This document shows, piece by piece, positions 45,279 through 54,204 of a stretch of 64,000 bases of DNA. Origin of the DNA: Verrucomicrobiales bacterium. GTDB lineage: Bacteria; Verrucomicrobiota; Verrucomicrobiia; Limisphaerales; UBA1100. The notes beneath the pieces are model-generated. The model worked only from the letters and a program-made list of their open reading frames with translations, had not been told where the DNA came from and made no database searches. The DNA is taken from NCBI GenBank assembly GCA_005809105.1, contig SYLI01000021.1, positions 245-64,244 on the forward strand, given 5' to 3'. The first letter of the stretch is position 1. Each line of letters begins with the position of its first letter. Made by a program: the position numbers and the translations under genes.

Positions 45279-46769
45279 ATGAGACTCTCGGTGCTGCTGG
45301 ATGCACTGCAGCCGCGTAGTCACCACTTTGCGCCCGACGTGGAATGCCGCGGGCTGGCGTATGATTCGCGCTGCGTCACTCCGGGGATGATCTTTTTTGC
45401 GCTCCCCGGGGCGCGCGTGGATGGCGCGCGCTTTGCCGCGCAGGCCGTCTCCCAGGGCGCCGTCGCCGTCGTGACGGAGTCGGACGCACCGCTGCCATCT
45501 GGCATCCCCCACATCCGCGTGGACAGCGCCCGTCAGGCGCTGGCCCGCGCCGCGGCCGCGTTCCATGGGCACCCCAGTCGCGCGCTGCGGCTCATCGGCG
45601 TGACGGGCACGAACGGCAAGACCACCGTGGCCTATTTGGTGCGCCACCTTCTTACCGCCGCGGGCGTCCGAACCGGGATGCTGGGCACCGTCGAATATGA
45701 CACGGGCAACCGCGTCCTTCCCGCACACCGCACCACGCCCGAGTCGTTGGATCTGCAGCAGCTCTTTGCAACCATGCGCGATTCGGGCTGTGGGGCCTGC
45801 GTCATGGAGGTAAGCTCGCACGCTCTTTGCCAGCATCGGGTGGAGGGTGTTGAGTTTCATGCGGCGGCGTTCACCAATCTCACGCGCGACCACTTGGATT
45901 ACCACGGCGACATGGAGGCTTATTTCGCCGCCAAGTGCCGGCTTTTTAACCAGATGACCACGCCTGCGGCCGGGGGCGCCGCCGTCATCAACGCCGACGA
46001 TCCGTACGGTGAACGGCTTGGGCAGGCGCTGGCACCCCACGCGGTTTTAACATTTGGGCTGTCACCTCAGAGCGCGCTGCGCGCAGACGTTCTTGAATTG
46101 GGTGCTGAGACCACCCGGTTGCGCGTGAGTTTTCCAAGAGGTGCAGAGATGGAACTGAGCTTCCCTCTCATCGGTCGGCACAACGTCAGCAATGGCTTGG
46201 CCGCCTTGGGCCTTGGGCTGGCGATGGGCGTGGACATTGCCACACTGCAGCGCGCGATGGAACAGGCGCCGCCCGCGCCGGGCCGCTTGCAGCCGGTGTC
46301 CTGCGGACAGCCCTTTGGCGTCTTTGTCGACTATGCGCACACCGACGACGCGCTGCGACAGGTGTTGGCCACGTTGCGCGAAGTAACGCGCGGGAGGCTC
46401 CACCTGATGTTTGGTTGTGGCGGCGACCGCGACGCAGGCAAGCGCCCGCGCATGGGTGCCGTCGCCGCTGCAGGTGCCGACACCACGCTCATCACCAGTG
46501 ACAATCCGCGCAGCGAATCGCCCGAAGAAATTGCCAGGCAAATCGCCGAGGGCTACCGGCAGGTGCGCGGCGATGGATGCGACGAGGAGTTGGACCGCTC
46601 GCGCGCCATCGACCAGATCCTTCGGCGGGCGCAACCCGGTGACACCGTGCTGCTGGCGGGCAAGGGGCATGAGACGTATCAGGAATATCAGGAGGCCGGC
46701 GAGCGCATCGCCGCGCCCTTCGATGACCGGGTTCATGCCGCGGCCACGCTGCGCCATCTGGGCTCCTGA
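45279..46769 (+). CDS. murE: UDP-N-acetylmuramoyl-L-alanyl-D-glutamate--2,6-diaminopimelate ligase
   Basis: GVTGTNGKTT P-loop; DNPR motif (SDNPRSE), typical of mDAP-adding MurE; 496 aa. Confidence 0.92.
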   Translation: MRLSVLLDALQPRSHHFAPDVECRGLAYDSRCVTPGMIFFALPGARVDGARFAAQAVSQGAVAVVTESDAPLPSGIPHIRVDSARQALARAAAAFHGHPSRALRLIGVTGTNGKTTVAYLVRHLLTAAGVRTGMLGTVEYDTGNRVLPAHRTTPESLDLQQLFATMRDSGCGACVMEVSSHALCQHRVEGVEFHAAAFTNLTRDHLDYHGDMEAYFAAKCRLFNQMTTPAAGGAAVINADDPYGERLGQALAPHAVLTFGLSPQSALRADVLELGAETTRLRVSFPRGAEMELSFPLIGRHNVSNGLAALGLGLAMGVDIATLQRAMEQAPPAPGRLQPVSCGQPFGVFVDYAHTDDALRQVLATLREVTRGRLHLMFGCGGDRDAGKRPRMGAVAAAGADTTLITSDNPRSESPEEIARQIAEGYRQVRGDGCDEELDRSRAIDQILRRAQPGDTVLLAGKGHETYQEYQEAGERIAAPFDDRVHAAATLRHLGS

Positions 46770-46772
46770 ACC

Positions 46773-48149
46773 GTGGAGCCTCGCAGCCTCCAATTTCTTG
46801 CCGATGCGTCGGGCGGCGTCCTTTTGCAGGGCGCGGGCAGCGCGCGTTGCGCGGGCGTGACCACCGATTCGCGCAGGGTCAAGCCCGACGAGCTCTTTGT
46901 CGCGTTGCAAGGCGACCGGTTTGACGGGCACGACTTTGTTGCGCAAGTTGCTGCTGCCGGGGCAGGGGGTGTGATGATTTCACGCGACCTCGCTCTGCCT
47001 GCGGGCTGCGCGGTGGTTCGGGTGGACGACACGCGCAGGGCACTCGGACGCATCGCCGCCGCCTACCGGAGCCAGTTCGACCTGCCCGTGATCGGCATCG
47101 CCGGTTCCAACGGAAAGACCAGCACCAAGGAATTGCTCGCATGGGTGCTGCGAGAGTCCATGCCGGTGCTGTGGAGTGAGGCCAGCTTTAACAATGACAT
47201 CGGTGTTCCGCTGACGTTGCTGCGCCTTGAATCGGCGCACCGTGCCGCCGTGCTGGAGCTGGGCACCAACCACCCCGGCGAACTGCGCCCGCTCATTCTC
47301 ATGGCGCAGCCGCAGTGGGGCATCCTCACCTCCATCGGGCGCGAGCATCTCGAGCATTTCGGAGACCTTGAAGGCGTGGCCCGCGAGGAGGGCGTGCTGG
47401 CTGAATTGTTGCCAGAGCGTGGAAAACTTTTCCTGTACGGTGACAGCCCTTGGAGCAACACCATCGCGGAGAGGAGCAGCGCCCCTGTGGTGAGAGCCGG
47501 ATGGACCGGCGTCAACGACTGGCGCGCTCGCGACATTGTAGTGGACCATCACGGGATTACATTTACCGCCGAGGGGCCGGCGCGGCAGGCCTGCGGCGCG
47601 TACCGGCTTCAGCTGGTTGGACGCCATCACGTGACCAACGCGCTTCTCGTCATCGCTCTGGCCGCCGAGCTCGGACTGACCCACGGCGCCATTGCGCAGG
47701 GACTCTCACAATGCCCTCCCGCCCCGGGGCGCCTGCAACGGCGCGAGGTTCGCCGGATCCGTATTCTGGACGACACCTACAACGCCAATGCCGACTCGAT
47801 CCGTGCCGCACTGGCGACGCTGGGGGAAATGGAGTGCCATGGAAAGCGCATCGCCGTCGTGGGTGATTTTGCCGAACTGGGATCGCACACCTCAGAGGCC
47901 CAGGCTGAAGCGGGCCGCGCCGCGGCCGAGGCACGGGTGGATGTGTTGCTGGCGGTGGGTGCGCAGGCGTCGGGCACGGCCGCGGCGGCACGGGCGGCAG
48001 GTGTCCGCCACGTCCACGAATTGATGGACAATGGGGAGGCCGCCCGGCGGCTTCGTGACTGCGCGCAGCCCGGCGACGTCATCCTTCTTAAAGCCTCGCG
48101 CGCTGCGCGGCTTGAGGAGGTGCTGGCCGCGTTCGCCCGCGAGGATTGA
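46773..48149 (+). CDS. murF: UDP-N-acetylmuramoyl-tripeptide--D-alanyl-D-alanine ligase
   Basis: GIAGSNGKTSTKE P-loop; Mur ligase three-domain length (458 aa); GTG start 3 nt after murE. Confidence 0.9.
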   Translation: MEPRSLQFLADASGGVLLQGAGSARCAGVTTDSRRVKPDELFVALQGDRFDGHDFVAQVAAAGAGGVMISRDLALPAGCAVVRVDDTRRALGRIAAAYRSQFDLPVIGIAGSNGKTSTKELLAWVLRESMPVLWSEASFNNDIGVPLTLLRLESAHRAAVLELGTNHPGELRPLILMAQPQWGILTSIGREHLEHFGDLEGVAREEGVLAELLPERGKLFLYGDSPWSNTIAERSSAPVVRAGWTGVNDWRARDIVVDHHGITFTAEGPARQACGAYRLQLVGRHHVTNALLVIALAAELGLTHGAIAQGLSQCPPAPGRLQRREVRRIRILDDTYNANADSIRAALATLGEMECHGKRIAVVGDFAELGSHTSEAQAEAGRAAAEARVDVLLAVGAQASGTAAAARAAGVRHVHELMDNGEAARRLRDCAQPGDVILLKASRAARLEEVLAAFARED

Positions 48150-48176
48150 TCGCCTTGTAGGGCAACCCCGGAAAGG

Positions 48177-49370
48177 ATGTTTTATTATCTCAGCCAGCTT
48201 CCGGCATGGATTGCCCAGCGGGGTCATCCTGACTGGGCCGACGCGCTCTCCGGATTGCGCGTGTTCCAGTACGTCTCCTTCCGCGTGGCCGGCGCGGCCG
48301 TGACGGCGCTCTTGCTGAGCCTCTGGCTGGGGCCGCGCGTGATTGAATGGCTGCGGGGCCTGCGGGTGCGGCAGGACTATGAGGACCGCGCGCGCGAGAT
48401 GGGCGGCATCACCGCGGATGGCATCAGCAAGCGCGGCGTGCCGACGATGGGCGGGTTGCTGATCGTGGGCGCGATTGATCTCACGGCGCTGTTGTGGGCC
48501 CAGTGGAACCCGCTAGTTTCGCTGACGCTGGGCGCCATGCTGGTGCTCTGCCTGCTGGGTTTCTACGATGACTATTCGAAAATCACCCGGCAACAATCCG
48601 GCGGCGTCCGGGCCGCGGTGAAGCTGGCGGTGCAACTGGCACTGGCGCTTCTTGTGGGGCTCTATCTCTGGCATCTGCCCATGAATAGCGAACTCCCCGG
48701 CGCCGGCGGCCGCGGGATCGAGATGCACAACCTAGTTTCCACCATCATGGTGCCCTTCGCCAAACACCCGGTGCTGACGGGCGCGGGCGCGCTGGGCCTG
48801 CTGCTGACGGTGCTGACGATTGTCGGCAGCTCCAACGCCGTCAATCTGACCGACGGCCTGGACGGCCTGGCCATCGGCAGCACGGCCATCGTGTCGATGG
48901 TGTTCCTGGTCTTTACCTACATCGCCGGCCACCACGATCAGGCCGCGTACCTCAACATTCCCCACGTCCCCGGCGCGGGCGATCTTGCGGTCGTCTGCGC
49001 AGCGATGATCGGCGCGAGCTTCGGATTTCTCTGGTTCAACTGCCACCCCGCGCAGGTGTTCATGGGGGACACCGGCTCCCTAGCGTTGGGCGGCGCGCTG
49101 GGCCTCATCGCGGTGCTGATTCACCAGCCCTTCGTGCTGCTCATTGGCGGCGGCGTTTTTGTGATGGAGGCCCTGTCGGTGCTGCTTCAGCGTGGCTGGT
49201 TCAAATACACGCGTCTGAAGACCGGCGAAGGTCGGCGACTGCTTCTGATGTCGCCGCTGCACCACCACTTTCAGAAACTGAACTGGCACGAAAATCAGGT
49301 GGTGATCCGGTTCTACATCATCGGTGTCCTCTTCGCCGTTCTGGCGCTGGCAACATTGAAACTGCGCTAA
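48177..49370 (+). CDS. mraY: Phospho-N-acetylmuramoyl-pentapeptide transferase
   Basis: ~10 TM helices; motifs NAVNLTDGLDGLA, GDTGSLALGG, PLHHHF. Confidence 0.95.
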   Translation: MFYYLSQLPAWIAQRGHPDWADALSGLRVFQYVSFRVAGAAVTALLLSLWLGPRVIEWLRGLRVRQDYEDRAREMGGITADGISKRGVPTMGGLLIVGAIDLTALLWAQWNPLVSLTLGAMLVLCLLGFYDDYSKITRQQSGGVRAAVKLAVQLALALLVGLYLWHLPMNSELPGAGGRGIEMHNLVSTIMVPFAKHPVLTGAGALGLLLTVLTIVGSSNAVNLTDGLDGLAIGSTAIVSMVFLVFTYIAGHHDQAAYLNIPHVPGAGDLAVVCAAMIGASFGFLWFNCHPAQVFMGDTGSLALGGALGLIAVLIHQPFVLLIGGGVFVMEALSVLLQRGWFKYTRLKTGEGRRLLLMSPLHHHFQKLNWHENQVVIRFYIIGVLFAVLALATLKLR

Positions 49371-49374
49371 AACG

Positions 49375-50802
49375 ATGAGCGTGTGGACGGGTAAACACGT
49401 GTTGGTGGCCGGCCTGGGTGCCAGCGGTCAGGCCGCGATAAGGTTGCTGCAGGCCGAAGGTGCCTCCGTAACGGGCGCCGACTCAGCCGACAATGAGTCG
49501 TTGCGCCGGGCCACCCGACCCTTTGCCGAAGCCGGTGCGACCATCCGTCTGGGAGCCACAGGTGCAGTGGGGCCTGACTGGCCCAAGTTCGACCAAGTGG
49601 TGGTCAGCCCTGGCATTGCACTGACGCATCCCATCATCACAGGATTGCGCGCCCGCGATGTGCCCGTGATGGGAGAGCTGGAGTTGGGCTATCGCCACTC
49701 GCGCTGCCGCAATGTCGCCATCACCGGTACCAACGGGAAGACCACCACCACTGAACTCGTCGCGGCGGTGTTAAACGGTTCGCAGCGCCGCACCATTGCC
49801 TGCGGCAACATCGGCCTGCCGCTGTGTGAGGTCGCGCTGCAAAGCGGTGATCTGGACTATCTCACCATCGAGGTGAGCTCGTTTCAGTTGGAAACCATCG
49901 AGTACTTCCGGCCGGCGGTGGCGGTGCTGATGAATCTGACGCAGGATCATTTGGACCGGCACGCGACGATGGCCCAGTACACGCATGCCAAGGCGCGGCT
50001 CTTTGGCAACCAGCAGGTGTTTGACAGGGCCGTGGTGCAGTACGAAGCCTTGGAGCAACTCAAGGCGCTGGGGATCGCGCCTGCCGCGCGCACCATCACT
50101 TTTAGTGCGCGCAAATCGGAGGCCGATCTCCATCTGGACCGGTCGCTGCTGGTGAGTCGGCTACCCGATTGGAGCGGTCCTTTGCTGGACATGAACCGGT
50201 GCCGATTGCGGGGGCGCCACAACGCGGAAAATCTGATGGCGACGCTGGCGGTGGGGCGGCACTTGGGTTTGCCGCTGGCGGAGATGCTGCCGGTGTTGGA
50301 ACGATTTGAGCCTGCGCAGCATCGGTGCGAATGCGTCGGCGAAGTGGCCGGCGTGCATTATTACAATGATTCCAAGGGCACCAACGTGGACGCGCTTCGA
50401 AATGCACTCGAAGCGATGCCCGAAGGGCCGGGAGGGCGCGCCAATGTGTGGCTCATTGCCGGCGGCATGGACAAGGGGCTGGAGTTTCACGATGTCGGGC
50501 CGCTCCTGGCAGAGCGAGCCAAGGGCGTGTTCCTCATCGGTCAGGCGCGCGAAAAAATGCGCGCTGCCTGGGGTTTATTTGCCGCTTGCACTCTGGCGGA
50601 TTCGCTGGCAGATTCCGTGTCAGTAGCAGGGAGGAAGGCAACCCCGGGAGACGTGGTGCTGCTGTCGCCCGCCTGTGCGAGTTTCGACATGTTCGAAAAC
50701 TACAAGGCACGAGGGCAGGCGTTCCGCGAACTCGTCGAGCTCTGGGGCAGACAATCGGGTGACACGGCGTGGGGCTGTCCACAGGACGCCAATAAGTCGT
50801 GA
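49375..50802 (+). CDS. murD: UDP-N-acetylmuramoylalanine--D-glutamate ligase
   Basis: VLVAGLGASGQAA N-terminus; ITGTNGKTTTTE P-loop; 475 aa. Confidence 0.9.
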   Translation: MSVWTGKHVLVAGLGASGQAAIRLLQAEGASVTGADSADNESLRRATRPFAEAGATIRLGATGAVGPDWPKFDQVVVSPGIALTHPIITGLRARDVPVMGELELGYRHSRCRNVAITGTNGKTTTTELVAAVLNGSQRRTIACGNIGLPLCEVALQSGDLDYLTIEVSSFQLETIEYFRPAVAVLMNLTQDHLDRHATMAQYTHAKARLFGNQQVFDRAVVQYEALEQLKALGIAPAARTITFSARKSEADLHLDRSLLVSRLPDWSGPLLDMNRCRLRGRHNAENLMATLAVGRHLGLPLAEMLPVLERFEPAQHRCECVGEVAGVHYYNDSKGTNVDALRNALEAMPEGPGGRANVWLIAGGMDKGLEFHDVGPLLAERAKGVFLIGQAREKMRAAWGLFAACTLADSLADSVSVAGRKATPGDVVLLSPACASFDMFENYKARGQAFRELVELWGRQSGDTAWGCPQDANKS

Positions 50803-50917
50803 CACAAAGGAATTTCCCTTGCCGCCCTGAGCCGCTATGAAGAGCTCGGTTCAAGGAGTGGGAAGTGTGGAGTCAACCAAGGAGAAGGAGAAACCAGACT
50901 AATCGCAAGGAGACCAT

Positions 50918-51820
50918 ATGCAACACCCCAACCCCAACATTCCGCCCGGGATGGCTCTGGAGAAAGCCAGCCGCAGTCGTTCCAAGATGCGTGTCGCCGT
51001 CGTGCTCATCGTGCTGCTGCACGTGGCGCTCTTCAGCGGAATCCTCTTCAACGCATGCAGCCAGAAGAGCGATGAAGCCAAGAACGCGCTCCCGCAGAAA
51101 ATCAACGTTGCCGAAAACAACCAGCCGCCTGCTTTGCCGCCCCCTGATGCGGGAGGCGGTGCAGTAGTGCCGCTGGCCGGCGGTGCCGGCGGTGGAATCG
51201 CGACTGGTGGCAGTCTGCCCTTGCCGCTGCCTGGCGCCGGATCGGCCGCCACAACTCTGCCTCCCGCTGGTGCAGCCACGGGAGGTGCCACGGGAGGATT
51301 GACTTCGCTTCCCACGCCTGGCGCGAACACACCCTCAGGCACACCTGCAGCTTCTGGCTCCACCTCCACGCCGCCTGTGGCCACGGCCGCCGAGCACACC
51401 ATTCAGTCAGGTGACAACTTCTACGTTCTCGCCAAGAAATATGGAGTCGGCTTTAAGCAGATCCAGGACGCCAATCCCAACGTGGCGCCCACCAAATTGC
51501 AGATTGGCCAGAAGGTTCAAATCCCAGCAGCCCTCCCCAAACCGGCCTCAACGGGCACAGGAGGCACAGGGTCTGCCGCGAGTTCCGGCGCATCGGCCGC
51601 CTCGGATGGTTATGTCGTGAAGAAAGGCGACAACCTAAGCCTCATCGCAAAGCGCTTTGGAACCACCGTGAAGGCGTTGCGTCAGGCCAACAACCTGCAG
51701 TCCGAGCGGCTCATGCCAGAGCAAAAGTTGAAACTTCCGGCGGGCGCAAAGTTTTCAACGCCCTCGGGGACACCTGCCACGCCCAGTGCCTCCGGCCCGG
51801 CCACTCCAGGTGCCGAATAG
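50918..51820 (+). CDS. Membrane-anchored protein with Pro/Gly/Ala-rich linker and two LysM peptidoglycan-binding domains
   Basis: AAGGAGA RBS before the ATG at 50918. TM helix VAVVLIVLLHVALFSGILF. LysM 1: HTIQSGDNFYVLAKKYGVGFKQIQDANPNVAPTKLQIGQKVQIP. LysM 2: YVVKKGDNLSLIAKRFGTTVKALRQANNLQSERLMPEQKLKLP. Confidence 0.85.
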   Translation: MQHPNPNIPPGMALEKASRSRSKMRVAVVLIVLLHVALFSGILFNACSQKSDEAKNALPQKINVAENNQPPALPPPDAGGGAVVPLAGGAGGGIATGGSLPLPLPGAGSAATTLPPAGAATGGATGGLTSLPTPGANTPSGTPAASGSTSTPPVATAAEHTIQSGDNFYVLAKKYGVGFKQIQDANPNVAPTKLQIGQKVQIPAALPKPASTGTGGTGSAASSGASAASDGYVVKKGDNLSLIAKRFGTTVKALRQANNLQSERLMPEQKLKLPAGAKFSTPSGTPATPSASGPATPGAE

Positions 51821-51910
51821 GTGAACGAAGTCAACCGACCTTGCCCACTCCGGACGCGGCCGGCATCCAGCGGCACGTTCCGGAGTGGTTGCTTTTGACA
51901 CCGGCCTAAA

Positions 51911-53044
51911 ATGAAATGGGCCACCACCATTCTGGTTGCCGCGGTCGCCGGACTGATGGCACTGGGCATGGTGATCCTCTACAGCGCCAGCATGGCCCAG
52001 ACCGGCCCGCGCTACCTGCTGATGCAAATGGCTTGGGGCGGGCTGGGGCTTCTCGCCTGCATGGCGGCCACCGTGGTGGATTACCGCCGCCTGCAGACCT
52101 TCGCATGGCCACTGCTTGCGGTGACGCTGCTGTTGCTCATCCTCGTGCTGATTCCCGGAATCGGCGTCGAACGCAATGGCGCGCGCCGCTGGTTCAATCT
52201 CGGACCCATGCACTTTCAACCTTCAGAACTGGCGAAGGTGGGCTTGATCGTGGCGCTGGCGGCGTACGGTGCTCGGTTCCAGGCGCGCATGCACGAATTA
52301 AAGCGCGGCCTGCTCATCCCGGGCATCGTCTTGGCCGTGGCGCTGGGGTTGATTTTCAGGGAGCCTGACTTCGGAACGACCCTGCTGCTGGCGGCCGTCA
52401 GCGTGATGGTGCTGCTGGTGGCCGGCGCAGACTGGCGCTATCTGGTGCCACCTGCATTGGCTGGCGCGGCCCTTTTTGCGCTCGCGGTGTTTAACGATCC
52501 CGTGCGCATGAAGCGGATCATGGCGTTCCTGCATCCAGACGAGCACAAGGCCGACGCCGGTTTTCAGGCCTATCACGCGATGCTCGCGCTTGGATCCGGC
52601 GGCACCACCGGCTTGGGGTTGGGAAATGGCCGGCAGAAGCTGGGCTTCGTGCCGGAGCACCACACCGATTTCATCTTCTCCATCGTTGGCGAGGAATTGG
52701 GCGTGGCGGCGACCCTCGCAGTCGTGGTGGCCTTCATGGCCATTGTCGCCTGCGGACTCTTCATCTCGTGGCGCAGCGGGAACCGCTTTGGGCAACTGCT
52801 GGGCTGCGGCCTCACGTTCCTCATCGGTCTGCAGGCGTTCATTAACATCGGCGTGGTCACGAGTGCCCTGCCCAACAAGGGGCTGCCGCTGCCCTTCATG
52901 AGCTACGGCGGTTCGAGTCTCTTTGTGATGCTCGGCGTCGTGGGACTGCTGCTCAGCATTGCCAGTCGGGCATCCGAATCCGCGCCGGCGCAAGCCCCCT
53001 CGACAGTGGCCGTTTCGGAAAATCCATTCGCCGAGGCGCCATGA
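51911..53044 (+). CDS. ftsW: Peptidoglycan glycosyltransferase FtsW (SEDS family)
   Basis: Polytopic membrane protein; motifs FQPSELAK, TDFIFS.VGEELG, GLPLPFMSYGGSS. Confidence 0.92.
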   Translation: MKWATTILVAAVAGLMALGMVILYSASMAQTGPRYLLMQMAWGGLGLLACMAATVVDYRRLQTFAWPLLAVTLLLLILVLIPGIGVERNGARRWFNLGPMHFQPSELAKVGLIVALAAYGARFQARMHELKRGLLIPGIVLAVALGLIFREPDFGTTLLLAAVSVMVLLVAGADWRYLVPPALAGAALFALAVFNDPVRMKRIMAFLHPDEHKADAGFQAYHAMLALGSGGTTGLGLGNGRQKLGFVPEHHTDFIFSIVGEELGVAATLAVVVAFMAIVACGLFISWRSGNRFGQLLGCGLTFLIGLQAFINIGVVTSALPNKGLPLPFMSYGGSSLFVMLGVVGLLLSIASRASESAPAQAPSTVAVSENPFAEAP

Positions 53045-54204
53045 TGCCCACCTCACACGCCGCGCCGCGCGTTCACATTGTCTGTGGTGGCACCGGGGGA
53101 CACTTTTTCCCGGGCGTGGCGGTGGCGCGCGAGTTGCAACGGGCGGGCGTCATCGTGACCCTGTTGATTTCAGAAAAGCGAGTCGACCAGCAAGCCGCCC
53201 AGTCACAGGGCGACCTCGAAATATGCGAACTGCCTGCGGTGTCGTGGCAGACACGCGCGCCATGGAGGTTTCTCAATGGGTTGATTCGTTCTCTGAGGAA
53301 GGTGCGAACTCTTCAACTCCACCAACGGCCCGATGCCGTGCTTGCGATGGGCGGATTTACTAGCGTCGCGCCGGTGCTAATGGCGCGGGCGGCCGGGGTT
53401 CCCGTTTTCCTCCACGAATCCAACGCCATTCCCGGCCGCGCCAACCGCTGGCTGGCGCCGTTGGCGCATCAAGTGTTCGTGGGATTTGAAAGCGCACGCC
53501 ATCGATTTCTGCACACGCACGTTGAGGTCACCGGCACGCCCGTCCGCGACGCTTTTTTTACCGCGACGTGCGAAGCCAGCCGCGTGGGGCTAGGGCTGGA
53601 CGCCGGGCGTCCCGTGCTCCTCATCATGGGAGGCAGCCAAGGCGCGCGAGCCATCAACCACCGGGCACTGGCGGTTCTGCCGGCGCTTTTGAAAGCATGG
53701 CCCTCGTTGCAGTTCCTGCACCTGTGCGGCGGAGGCGATGGCGAGGAGGCGCGGGTGCGCGCGGCCTATGAGGCGCAGGGAGCCACGGCACGTGTGCATG
53801 AGTTTCACGCCGACATGCCCTTGGTGTTGGCTGCGGCGGACGTGGCGGTTGGCAGGGCAGGGGCCTCATCGCTGGCGGAACTGGCGGCCGCGCGATTGCC
53901 CTCGGTGCTCATTGCTTTACCCACGGCCGCGGACGACCACCAGCGGTACAACGCGCGAGAATTTGAAAGACGCGGTGCCGCGCGGATGGTTGAACAATCG
54001 GCAGGTCCAGAGGAGCTGGCCCAAGCGCTGTGCCAGTTGCTTGCGAACCGGGCGCCCGTCCGTGCAGCCCTCGCGGGCATGGCGGCACCTCGAGCCGCGG
54101 CACAGGTCGCCGCACACATTCTGTCCTGCGTTCGGCCGCAGCGTTCGGCCAACGCGCCACAAACATGGAACGACCCGACACTTTGGTCCCCCATTACGGC
54201 CTGA
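53041..54204 (+). CDS. murG: UDP-N-acetylglucosamine--N-acetylmuramyl-(pentapeptide) pyrophosphoryl-undecaprenol GlcNAc transferase
   Basis: IVCGGTGGHFFPGVAVARE; GRAGASSLAELAA; ATGA overlap with the ftsW stop. Confidence 0.92.
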   Translation: MMPTSHAAPRVHIVCGGTGGHFFPGVAVARELQRAGVIVTLLISEKRVDQQAAQSQGDLEICELPAVSWQTRAPWRFLNGLIRSLRKVRTLQLHQRPDAVLAMGGFTSVAPVLMARAAGVPVFLHESNAIPGRANRWLAPLAHQVFVGFESARHRFLHTHVEVTGTPVRDAFFTATCEASRVGLGLDAGRPVLLIMGGSQGARAINHRALAVLPALLKAWPSLQFLHLCGGGDGEEARVRAAYEAQGATARVHEFHADMPLVLAAADVAVGRAGASSLAELAAARLPSVLIALPTAADDHQRYNAREFERRGAARMVEQSAGPEELAQALCQLLANRAPVRAALAGMAAPRAAAQVAAHILSCVRPQRSANAPQTWNDPTLWSPITA

